Of a stretch of DNA of 28,590 nt, positions 10,515 to 21,619 are shown piece after piece. Within the stretch, counting starts at the first letter, position 1, and each line of letters begins with the position of its first letter. Below the pieces are notes generated by a model, which was not told the DNA's origin, did no database searches, and saw only the letters and a list, made by a program, of their open reading frames with translations. The translations under genes were made by a program, and so were the position numbers. Source of the stretch: Chiloscyllium plagiosum (lineage: Eukaryota); assembly GCF_004010195.1 (NCBI RefSeq), contig NC_057720.1, positions 28,869,986 to 28,898,575 on the forward strand, read 5' to 3'.

Positions 10515-11600
10515 TTATAGACTTATTGATATTTACAGCATAGTAGGAGGCCATTCAACACAGCATGTTCATGCCAGTCAACAAAGAGTTGAATCCTTTA
10601 AACCCCTTTTCCAGATCTTGACCCATAGCTCTGCTGGCTATGTCAACGCAAGTGTTTCTGATTCAACCACTCTTTCACACAGTGAGTTCCAGGCTCCCAC
10701 CACCTTCTGAGTAAGAACATATCTTCTCAGCACTCCTCTTAGCCTTCTCCCTCTTATCTTTAATCTCTGCCCCTCATTATTGACCCCTCTACTAATGGAG
10801 ACATTGTCTTCTTATCCACCTTATCTATGACCCTTATAATCCTTTGCACTCTATTAGGTTCCCTCTCAACCTTGACTGCTCCAAGGAAAATAGCCCCACC
10901 CTATCCAATCTTTCCTCATGGATCAGATGCTCTAGCTCAGGTATCACCCTGGTAAATGTTCACTGCACCATCTTTAGTACAATCACAGCCTTCCTATATT
11001 GTAGTCAGAATGGCACAGAGTATTCCAGTTGTGGCTCAACCGGCATTTGATATAATTCCAGTACAGCCCCCCTGCTCTTGTATTGAATGTCTTTGCTAAT
11101 AAAGGCCAGTATAAAATGCCTTCTTGACCTTTGATCTACTTGTCCTGCACATTCAAGTGTCAGGAAAAATGGGCACCATGGTCTCTTTGATCTTCAGTAC
11201 TTTCCAGGGTTTTACATTCATAGTGTAGTCCCTTGTCTTGTTATCCCTCCCCAAGTGCAATACCTCACACTTTTCCAGATTGCTCTGACCTGCAACTGTT
11301 CTTCTGACCAGTCCTTTAATAATCTTCTGTTGTTTATGACTATCTTCCTTGCTATTTACTACCCTACCAATTTCTATGTCATCCATGATCATCTTGATCA
11401 TAACACCTACTTTTAAGTCAAAATCATTAGTGTACGCCACAAACAGCAAAAGGCCTAACACTGAACACTGCAGCACACCACTGCAAACAGACTTCCAATC
11501 AACGAAACATCCCTCGACCATCTCTCATTACTTCCTGCCTCTCAGCTGATTTGGATTCAATGTGATGATTTGCCTCGGATCTTATTGATTCTTATAAAAT
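10515..11600 (-). mobile_element. Old CR1 ORF2 3' part
   Basis: DWKSVCSGVLQCSVLGLLLF (GVPQGSVLGP-like), DDIEIG and EKCEVLHLG. Confidence 0.9.
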
Positions 11601-11749
11601 AGCAAGTCTCAAATGTGATTCTGAGACTGGTCTGATTTTTCAATTTCAATCAAAGTGGGGTATCAGAGATAGCAGACAGAAAGAAAAACAGCATTTTTTA
11701 AAAGTTGTTCTTTCGTGTTTCAGCTGTTTTCCTGGTCTCAGAGAACATT

Positions 11750-14035
11750 TGAATTAGAATTAGTTTCATTCTCATTTACTCACATGAGTACAGTGAGGAG
11801 TTACAAATCGCCAGTTCCAGCATCATCTTCATTATCAAGGTACCTAGGTACAGATTCTTAAGTACAAATTCTTAAGGGGATAGAATAGAAAGGGAAAGAA
11901 ATTTTAAAATCTAGCAATAAATTAGAAAAATAGAGAAATAAGAGTTAGAAATAACATTCCTTCCAACACAGATCTGCTGGGCTTCACCTTGGGACTGGTA
12001 GTGCCAGGAGTCAAGTCCATGCTGAGATGAGGGTTCGAGTCCACATTGAGGCGAGGAGTTTGCATCCAGACTGAGGCTGAATGTTCAGTCCATGCTAAGG
12101 CTGAGAGTCAAGTCCACTGAAGCTGGGAGTCGGGTGCATGCTAAGGCTATGGGTCAAGTCCACACTGAGGCTGGGAGTCGTGTCCACATTGAGGCTGAGA
12201 GTTGGGTCCACGGTGAGGCTGAGAGTGAGTGCACACTGAGGCTGGGAGTCGAGTCCATGGCAAGGCTGGGAGTCGTGTCCACATTGAGACTGGGAGTCGA
12301 GTCCATGGTGAGGCTGGGAGTCGTGTCCATATTGAGGCTGAGAGTTGAGTCCACGGTGAGGCTGGGAGTCGTGTCCACATTGAAGCTGGGAGTCGAGTCC
12401 ATGGTGAGGCTGGGAGTCGTGTCCACATTGAGGCTGAGAGTTGAGTTCATGCTGAGGCCAGGAGTCAAGTCCACATTGAGGCTGAGAGTCGAGTCCACGT
12501 TGGGGTCAGGAATCGAGTCCAGGGTGAGGCTGGAAGTCGAGTCCACGGTGACACTGGGAGTCGTGTCCACATTGAGGCTGAGAGTTGAGTTCATGCTGAG
12601 GCCAAAAGTTGAGTCCACGCTGAGGCCAGGAATCGAGTCCACGGTTAGGCTGGGAGTCGAGTCCACGGTGAGGCTGGGAATCGAGTCCACAGTGAGGCCG
12701 GGAGTCAAGTCCACACTGAGGCCAGTAATCGAGTCCACGGTGAGGCCAGGAGTCGAGTCCACGGTGAGGCTGGGAGTCAAGTCCATGCTGAGTCTGAGAG
12801 TCGAGTCCACGGTGAGGTTGGGAGTCGAGTCCACGCTGAGGCCTGAAGTCGAGTCCACGCTGAAGGTGAGTCAAGTCCACGCTGAGACCAGGAATCGAGT
12901 CCATGGTGAGGCTGGGAGTCGAGCCCACGGTGAGCCCAGAAGTCGAGTCCACGCTGAGACTGAGAGTCGAGTCCATGCTGAGGCTGGGAGTTGAGTCCAC
13001 GGTGAGGCTGGGAGTCATGTCCACATTGAGGCTGGGAGTCGAGTCCACAGTGAGGCTGAGTCGAGTCCACGGTGAGGCTGGGAGTTGTGTCCACATTGAG
13101 GCTGGGAGTCGAGTCCACGGTGAAGCCAGGAATTGAGTCCACGGTGAGGCTGGGAGTCGAGTCCACGGTGAGGCTGGGTGTCGAGTCCACGGTGAGGCTG
13201 GGAGTCAAGTTCGCGGTGAGGCTGTGAGTCGAGTCTGCGGTGAGGCCGGAAGTCGAGTCCATGGTGAGGCTGGGAGTCGAGTCCACGGTGAGGCCAGGAA
13301 TCGAGGCCACGGTGAGGCTGGGAGTCGAGTTCACACTGAGGCTGAGGGTTAAGTCCACTCTGAGGCTGAGAGTCGAGTCCACGCTGAGGCTGAGAGTCGA
13401 GTCCACGCTGAGGCCAGGAATCGAGTCCATGGTGAGGCTAGGTGTCGAGTCCACGCAGAGGCTGGGAGTCGTGTCCGGAGTGAGGCTGGGAGTCGAGTCC
13501 GCCGTGAGGCTGGGAGTCGAGTCCGCGGTGAGGCTAGGAGTTGAGTCCACGCTGAGGCCAGGAATCGAGTCCACGGTGAGGCTGGGAGTCAAGTCCACGC
13601 TAAGGCTGGGAATCGAGTCCGTGGTGTGGCTGGGAGTCGAGTCCGCGGTGAGACTGGGAATCGAGTCCACGATGAGGCTGAGAGTTGAGTCCACACTGAG
13701 GCCAGGAGTCGAGTCCACGGTGAGGCTGGGAGTCGAGTCCACGGTGAGGTTGTGAGTCGAGTCCACGGTGAGGCTGGGAGTTGAGACCGCAGTGAGACTG
13801 GGAGTCAAATCCGCGGTGAGGCTGGGAGTCACGTCTGCAGTGAGACTGGGAGTCGAGTCCACACTGAGGCTGGGAGTTTGAGTCCACACTGAGGCCAGGA
13901 GTCCGTGCTGGCTTTTTCCCCATGTCGTCAGAGGTAAAAAGAGAAAGGAAAAATAAAGAGAGAGAAAAAGAGAAAAGAAATGGATGGAGCAGTTGAGCTC
14001 CAGCTCAGGAATCCTACTCCACCATCATCTTGGAC
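11750..14035 (-). mobile_element. Non-autonomous retroelement (Rex/Babar-like 3' end) with internal VNTR
   Basis: Minus strand: 5' CCAAGATGATGG, pyrimidine tract, 24-bp array, AT-rich tract, CACTGTACTCATGTGAGTAAATG and (CTAATT)n tail; architecture shared with 27352-27718. No TSD found. Confidence 0.55.
12008..13905. repeat. 24-bp minisatellite, consensus GAGTCGAGTCCACGGTGAGGCTGG, about 79 copies
   Basis: Direct periodicity; accounts for all the 8-aa-repeat ORFs on both strands. Confidence 0.97.
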
Positions 14036-15689
14036 CCAGGGTCATGTCAGAGTGTAAACAGATTAAATTATATAGAATTAAGTACTCTTATTTTCTTTTG
14101 TTGATTGAATTGAACTTTGTCCCCTCATGCTCAATGTGACCTTCCTTTTGTCATAAGTGCAATGATTCCTTTTGGTTTTGGTCAAATATAATGAGCTGCG
14201 TTTTAACCTATCAATGCCTTAATGAGCAATGAGAAGGCCACAGCTATCTTTGTCAAAAGACTTCAGCAATAATGAAATCAGGACTACAACGATGGTCTCA
14301 ACATAAAATGTGTCACGTATGGCATATGAACTGAAGAGAAACTTTTGAGACTAATCATCTTGTTCTTCTTTACCTTTACACTTTCCTTGATGCTGTCTTG
14401 ATGTGAGAAGACTACAGGTGACATCTGGAAATAATGAGGTAGAGTAACTTTCTGAGCAGTCAATAATTAACTTGGTTCGAACATTTTGTTAAGATTCTTC
14501 CATATTAGTTGCTGAAGTAAATTCATTCTACAGTCTAAAGGCTCAGTCTTATCCCCAAGCATGCACACATTAAGATACACATACTAATGTTACAGCATAG
14601 ATCAGCCGATGGTTATCTATGCAGGCCCATAGCCACAGGAATCTGTACCTTAACAATCTGACCACAGCAACATATTCCTGTTTGTACTTTTGTTTCTTAT
14701 TCAATTTTCTGTTTTGTTTCGATCTTGTAGGATTTGTTGGTTTGGAAAAAGCTGTATGTGATGCTCTGTATCAAAGGGGGCAAATTCACAAATCAGAAGG
14801 TGTGTCAGCAACTTAGGGAGATATACATTAACGATAATGGATGGTGCATTTCTATGGTGATGCACTTGCTTGACTGCTGTAGGTTTGGTACAAGAGCCAT
14901 AAAATCCAAAGGAAAACACCATAAGGACCATTTGCTCATTATACCAGAGTTTCTGCTACATGGAACATATTGAAAACAAGAAGGAAAGCCCATGTGAACT
15001 GAGCATCTTTGTGAATTAAAGCTTTATCTGTGTTTCTGAAACTCTTTTGCATATGTTTATACAGCTTATGAAGGCAAAAAAAAGTGAGCAGTTTGATAAA
15101 ATCCTTACAAGAGCTCTCTTCTTTCTCTGTTGCAGAAATATATTCTGATGGGCAGAGTGGCCTCCATTTGTGTTATAATGACTCAATAGAGCACTCTATC
15201 AGAATCAGTGTGGCATTTCTACTTTTCAAATTCAATATTTCAATAGTCTCCCTTTGTTTGAGTGATGGCTGTATCAAATAGAGCAGTAAGTATAAAATGA
15301 GTTTAAGCCGTGTATTAGAGGAGCTGTGACTTAGAGGATTCTGCCACAAAAACCTCAGATACACTTAGATAGGTGAGTCACTGACTTTGTCCATTTTGTT
15401 GAATTTGAATGCTGGTCACAGATGTAAAGTTCTAACCATTTATCCTCTTCCCTAATATCCTTAGTGGATTTCCTGCTGGATGGCTTGGCATTACTACTGA
15501 TTCCTCTGTTTATGCTTCTGTTAAGTTCCTGGTCACAGCCACAGATTGAACCAACTCTCTTGTGATCTTGCAGTCCTAGCTTCATAGAAACCTTACTTTC
15601 AATTATCTTCAAACACATTCACATGAATCATGGCAACACCTAACTTCAGTGAACTCTATCTAATTGCTCATCAACATAAAATCTTAGGA

Positions 15690-16030
15690 ACAAGTTACTG
15701 TAGATACAGGAATCTGTATTGAAAACAAAAAGAAAGTGCTGGAGAGATCACAGCGGGTCAGGCAGCATCCATCGAGAGTAAGTAAACTAACGTTTCAAAT
15801 CTAGATGTCTCTTCATCAGGTAGGAAAAAATTACTGCCGATGCTAGATTCTGTACTTAAAACAAAAAATGCTGGAGATCACAGCGGGTCAGGCAGCATCC
15901 ATAGAGAGAAAACAAGCTAACAGTTTGAGTCTAGATGATTCTTCATTGCAGCTGATGAAGAGTCATCTAGACTCGAACTGTTAGCTTGTTTTTTCTCCAT
16001 GGATGCTGCCTGACCCGCTGTGATCTCCAG
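15690..16030. mobile_element. Penelope-type mini-element cluster (family B): two tandem copies plus an inverted copy
   Basis: GAGATCACAGCGGGTCAGGCAGCATCCAT twice, then its reverse complement; cores at 15788-15819 (-) and 15952-15983 (+, CTGATGA-A-GAGTC-atcta-GACTC-GAAC). Confidence 0.85.
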
Positions 16031-16147
16031 TAGAGTCATAGAGATGTACAGCATGGAAACAGACCCTTCGGTCCAACCTGCCCATGCCGACCAGATATCC
16101 CAACCCAATCTAGTCCCACCTGCCAGCACCCAGCCCATATCCCTCCA
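16031..16147 (-). mobile_element. Young CR1 3' terminus
   Basis: Close reverse-complement match to the CR1 tail at 19790-19880. Confidence 0.9.
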
Positions 16148-16275
16148 GTATGTAGTGGATGACAGTTCTAGGAAGGGGGGGGAAGTCTCAGATACAGTCA
16201 CATAGATGGGTTAACTCCAGGAAAGGTAAGACCCACCTGCCAGCACCCAGCCCATATCCCTCCAGTATGTAGTGG

Positions 16276-17022
16276 ATGACAGTTCTAGGAAGGGGGGGAA
16301 GTCTCAGATACAGTCACATAGATGGGTTAACTCCATGTAAGAGAGGTAGGCAGCTAGTGCAGGAGTCTTTTGTGGATATACCCATTTCAAACAAGTATGC
16401 TGTTTTGGAAAATATAGGGGGTGATGGATTCTCAGGGGAACGTAGCACAAACAGCCAAGTTTCTGGAATTGAGACTGGCTCTAATGCAATGAGGGGTATG
16501 TCAGCTTCCAAGAGATCAATTGTGTTAGGAGATTCTCTAGTCAGAGGTATAGACAGATGTTTCTGTGGCCAGCAGAGAAAAAGCAGAATGGTGTGTTGTT
16601 TCCCTGATGCCAGGATCAAGGATGTCTCAGAGGGGATACAGAATGTTCTCATGGGGGAGAGGGGCCAGCAGGAGGTCATTGTCCACATTGAAACCAACGA
16701 CATAGGAAGGGAAAAGGTTGAGATTCTGAAGGGAGATTACAGAGAGTTAGGCAGAAATTTAAAAATGAGGTCCTCAAGGGTAGTAATATCTGGATTACTC
16801 CCAGTGCTGCGAGCTAGTGAGGGCAGGAATAGGAGGATAGAGCAGATGAATGCATGGCTGAGGAGCTGGTGTATGGGAGAAGGATTCACATTTTTGGATC
16901 ATTGGAATCTCTTTTGGGGTAGAAGTGACCTGTACAAGAAGGACGGATTGCACCTAAATTGGAAGGGGACTAATATACTGGCAGGGAAATTTGCTAGAAC
17001 TGCTTGGGAGGATTTAAACTAG
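16276..17022 (+). pseudogene. CR1 ORF1 C-terminal part with SGNH/GDSL esterase domain
   Basis: SNKYAVL, block I VLGDSLVR, PDARI, HIETNDI (GTND-like) and DGLHLNWKG; open but 5'-truncated; expected block II/III glycines are substituted. Confidence 0.92.
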
Positions 17023-17240
17023 TAAGGTGGGGGGGTGGGACCCAGGGAGATAGTGAGGAAAGAGATCGATGTGAGACGGGTACAGCTGAGAACAGAAATG
17101 AGTCAAACAGTCAGGGCAGGCAGGGACAAGGTAGGACTAATAAAATAAACTATATTTATTTCAATGCAAGGAGCCTACCAGGGAAGGCAGATGAACTCAG
17201 GCCATGGTTAGGAACATGGGACTGGGATATCATAGCAACA
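17013..17240 (+). pseudogene. CR1 ORF2 N-terminus (APE endonuclease start), truncated
   Basis: IYFNARSLPGKADELRPWLGTWDWDIIA in the -1 frame relative to ORF1; homology ends at ~17240. Confidence 0.9.
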
Positions 17241-17967
17241 TAAAATTTAGAACAATAATACTTTAAATTCATCATCAGTGAGACTGAAACCATTCCCTAT
17301 AGTTTATTCCAGCACTTACATTCTCTGATAACTTCCTTGGCTGGCTTTGAAAGTTGAATCAGAAGTTACATGACTGTCTGCTGCAATCGGAAATTCAGCA
17401 CAAACGTCTTATTATAAAACGGTACACTCCTCAGTTCTCTCATTGCCCTAAATTTCCTAATGGAGCAGATAATTATATAATTATCTTCCCCGGAATTTCA
17501 TTTCTAAATCCCTCCGATCATGTTTCTGATAACCTAGAATTAACAAGTTAATTTAGAACTTAGTGGGTTTAATTTTTTAACTACAATGTTCTTGTGATAA
17601 ACGAAGCCCAATCTTGAGAGTCTGTACTGATGAGTTTTATCTTTGGTGCAAATATAGCTCCTTAATTTCTTTAGACAATTTCATTTTTATTATTCAACCT
17701 TTGCTCTTGTCATCCTGAATGTTTTAAGAACTTATTCCTTGATTGTTTAAACTATGTTTTGGAATGAGCAGGATGAGTCATGACCTTTTTCAAATGACAA
17801 TGTACTTTGTTTGAGAATACGTTAGTCAACCTTCAATGTAGGAGTATAGCAGCGAACATTCAACAGCATTTTTCTAGCTGAATTTATTTAATCCTTAGAA
17901 GCTTTTCAAGAGCAATTGTTCACTTGAGAAATTTTTTTTAAATTAGTTTGAGTACTTAGAGAGGGCA

Positions 17968-18170
17968 AAGAGAGAAAGTGAGGACTGCGGCTGCTGGAGA
18001 TCAGAGTTGAGAGTGTGGTGCTGGAAAAGCACAGCAGTTCAGGCAGCATCCGAGGAGCAGGAGAATCGACGTTTCAGGAATGATGAAGGGCTTAAGCCCA
18101 AAATGTCGATTCTCCTGCTTCTCCGATGCTGCCGGACCTGCTGTGCTTTTCCAGCAGCACACTCTTGACC
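17968..18170. mobile_element. Palindromic Penelope-type mini-element (family A)
   Basis: Inverted arms around a decayed core TGATGA-A-GGGC-ttaa-GCCC-AAAATGTC; TSD TAGAGAGG(G/C)CA at 17957-17967 and 18171-18181. Confidence 0.85.
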
Positions 18171-19349
18171 TAGAGAGGCCAGTGTCCTGTTCATTATTGG
18201 GATGACTTACCACTTACAGTAAGCTTTTGTTTATGTCACTGATATTGGGCTTAAACTAGTGTATCAGACCTCCTCAGGGAAACTGATAGATAATATCATT
18301 TGGTAATTCAGGTGCTTCCTGTTGCTCAAGTGGTTAGATATATTGAAAAACATAATTGTAAATATTGTGGCATTCGATGGTTTATAAAGTGCAGTCCTTT
18401 TTCCTGAATATAAAACCAAAGAATGACAGATTCTGGAAACCTGCAAATTCCCTTGTTTTCTTGTTTCCTTCCTTTTCAGCAATAATGAAGTCAGGGCTAC
18501 AACAATGGTTTCAACATAAAATGTTCCTTTCTTTTCATTTCTTACAGAAATAGTTGTTGGGTAGTTAAAACTTGAAATAGAACATCAAGGTAATTTTCCT
18601 TTCACATTTCATATTGTTATATGATTCGAGCTGACCCCTCACACATTTCATTCAAACCTAACAAAAACATTAATTTCAACAGCCAGTGCTTCTCATTGGC
18701 AGATCCTTGATTTTGTGCATAAAATATTTTCATTAACAAAACACTTAGACAGTAATGAACCCTTAACCTGAGTAAAGACAGGATACCAAAGCAGCCTTCA
18801 TGATGAAAATTAACAGTTTTCTACCAATCACGCTGCGACTATTGGAGTAGCACTGCATACAGAGGATTATATTGTATTCTTTAAAATTAATGATACAGAA
18901 ATAGGTCATTCAGATCACCCAGCCCATGATGGTTTTAATATTCCACTGGAACCTACCCCAATTTTTTTCCCATCTGATTGTAGAACCGATATAACTAGGA
19001 ATCCATTATATATTTATCTAGCTTCATCTTAAATGCATCAATGCTTTTGACTTCAACCACCCTCAACAGCAAGAAGTTCCATTCTTAATGAGAGGAAGTT
19101 TTTCCGAATTCTGTATTGGATTTTGTCGTGACTATCTTATACTGATGGCTTCTAATGCAACATTTTTTCTGCATCTACTCTCAAAAACTTATCAAATTTT
19201 AAGGACTTTTATTATATCACCTTTCAGCCTTATTTTTCAAAGGTAAAAAGAAGCAGCTTGTCAAACCTTTCCTGAAAAGAGTATCCATGTTTCTGTAATA
19301 TGATGCATTGAAACCTCGCTGCACCAATGCCAGGATAATCTTTCATAGT

Positions 19350-19881
19350 TCAGATAAATGTGAGGTGCTGCATTTTGGGAAAGCAAATCTTAGCAGGACT
19401 TATACACTTAATGGTAAGGTCCTAGGGAATGTTGCTGAACAAAGAGACCTTGGAGTGCAGGTTCATAGCTCCTTGAAAGTGGAGTTGCAGGTAGATAGGA
19501 TAGTGAAGAAGGCATTTGGTATGCTTTCCTNNNNNNNNNNNNNNNNNNNNNNNNNNNNNNNNNNNNNNNNNNNNNNNNNNNNNNNNNNNNNNNNNNNNNN
19601 NNNNNNNNNNNNNNNNNNNNNNNNNNNNNNNNNNNNNNNNNNNNNNNNNNNNNNNNNNNNNNNNNNNNNNNNNNNNNNNNNNNCAGAGGGTGGTACGTGT
19701 ATGGAATAAGCTGCCAGAGGATGTGGTGGAGGCTGGTACAATTGCAACGTTTAAGGGGCATTTGGATAGGTATATGAATAGGAAGGGTTTGGAGGATATG
19801 GGCCAGGTGCTGGCAGGTGGGACTAGATTGGGTTGGGATATCTGGGTTGGACGGGTTGGACCGAAGGGTCTGTTTCCATGC
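19350..19881 (+). mobile_element. Young CR1 3' fragment spanning an assembly gap
   Basis: DKCEVLHFGK...KKAFGML before the gap; QRVVRVWNKLPE...HLDRYM and the tail after it. Confidence 0.93.
19531..19683. other. Assembly gap (153 N)
   Basis: Run of N. Confidence 1.
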
Positions 19882-20339
19882 TGTACATCTCTATGATTCT
19901 AATTTGATGGCCAGAAATGTATGCAGTTCTCTAAGTGTGGCTGGAACAAAATTTGATACAGTTTCAGCATAACTTTCCCAATTTTCAATTCTATCCCTCG
20001 AGAAATAAGACCCAGTGTTTTGTTTGCTTTTTGTTAATGGTCTTACTGTCCTGTGATTTTAGCGATTTATACTTGGGGATCCTTCAGTTTTTTTCTATCC
20101 CAACTTGACTCACAATATCCACAAATATAACAACTGCATTTTGATTCCATGTGGAGATCACAATCCATAATGAGAACAGCAGTGGTCACAACACTAATTC
20201 TTATGGAACACCACTTACTAACCCTTGCTTCTTAGAATACTTATCACTTAGTATCACTGTCTGCTTTCTGGCTCAGAGCCAACTAATAATCCATTAATTC
20301 ACTTGACCTTTGATTCCACTTCTAATTATATTCTACAAT

Positions 20340-20983
20340 TATTGTGGACCAGACCAAACTCCCTCAAAATATATTCAGAAGATAATTCAGACCCTCACTT
20401 TTTCTTATTTTAAAGGCAAGTGCCAGGTGTTACATTCTGGGTGCAATTTGATTGGTCAAATGCCAGTCTCGAAGCAAAACACACTATTCATACACTATAT
20501 TTAAAATACACCAAAACGAAAGAAGAAATTGGTATAATAACTCCACTGGAAAACTTCACAGAACAATAGATTATTTTACTACTAAACAATAATTGTTCCA
20601 ATACTGTAACATCCTATAAACACACCCTTGGCAAAGGCAAATTCAGTAAAATAGATTGTTTCACATGCGGTGCAAGAGGAAAACTATCAAGACAAAACTC
20701 TGACAGAGAGGGTAGCAGGAAGAGATGAATTTTAGTTTCCAAACCCAGGTTCAAGACCCCAAAAATTGCTACTGAAAACTAAAACTAAAAATCCTGTATC
20801 TGTGGGAGATTGACCCCATCCACTCAGTTTGCTTCTATTGTTCCAACTTTAGGGAAAAAAAAACCCAGGCCTCATAAACTGTTAATTTTATTAGCTTTGA
20901 AGCAGATCTATCAGCACCTCTGCCTCAACCTTTCCTCATAAAAAAGAACCAAATATATCTCTTAAAGCCATAGTATCATCACA
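20340..20983 (-). mobile_element. Solo LTR (644 bp), Gypsy/ERV-type
   Basis: Minus strand starts TGTGATG and ends CACAATA (CA>TA); 4-bp TSD CAAT at 20336-20339 and 20984-20987; flanks rejoin as CR1. Confidence 0.7.
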
Positions 20984-21619
20984 CAATCTGTTAGGAGGGA
21001 TTTACTGAAGACCTTTTGAAAACGCAGCTAACGCATTGACATTGTCTACTTTCTGTGCTATCTCCCATTGAAAAAGGTTGGTCAAGTAATATTTAAACTT
21101 TTGATATCCATTTTAACTATTCATTATTACCTTCTTCCTTTTTGGTGTTCTTCTATCCTCTCATTCAGTAAAGATTTTATTAGTTTTCCTACTACCGATG
21201 TTAAGCTTACATGTCTATAATTCTTTGGACATGTTCTATTCACTCTTCTTAAATATTGTTCATATGAGGACTAGGACAGGTAGAGATACCTAGGATAGGT
21301 ACTAAAGGAATGCAAGAGGGTGAATAGTTCATTTCTGTCTGTATAGCTGAGTGTGATTTGAATAAAGATGTTTGGTGATTGTTCCTGTTGGTGGCTTTTT
21401 GTGGTGGTGGCTGTTTCTAATCTGCCAAACAGTCCTGGTAATAGAGAGTTTAAATGGATTTGACAGGATGGAACAATGGGTTCATATTGGGATGGAAAGG
21501 TTCTTTCAATGAAAGAGTGAGCTCACAATCTGCCCTCATACAGTCCATCATCTCATATTAGTTCCAGGATTACTGCGCTGGATCCTTTCTGTCTCCTCCC
21601 TATGTCCAACACCATTTTT

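Larger units (their letters stand above)
18895..21260 (-). mobile_element. Very old CR1 ORF2 3' half, interrupted by a young CR1 and a solo LTR
   Basis: Degenerate CR1 tail near 18895-18930; minus-strand AGTGGTGTTCCATAAGAATTAGTGTTG (GVPQ-like) near 20190-20216; FQKVF (FQKAFD-like) near 21007-21021. Confidence 0.6.

Noticed and set aside
12008..13905. CRISPR-like array
   Set aside because: Contiguous tandem units without unique spacers, no cas genes, and a vertebrate context.
12092..13923. Long ORFs (up to 370 aa) with 8-aa repeats, mucin-like on the minus strand
   Set aside because: A by-product of a stop-poor 24-bp unit: ORFs are open on both strands, shift frame at unit indels, and have no signal peptide or unique domain.
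16276..17022. Domesticated host esterase gene
   Set aside because: 5'-truncated, directly followed by LINE ORF2, and conserved SGNH glycines are mutated; simply a fairly young CR1 ORF1.
17855..17880. miR-181-like AACATTCAAC
   Set aside because: Only 10 nt match and no precursor hairpin.
18800..18870. C/D snoRNA (ATGATGA box C)
   Set aside because: No CTGA box D with a terminal stem at a suitable distance.
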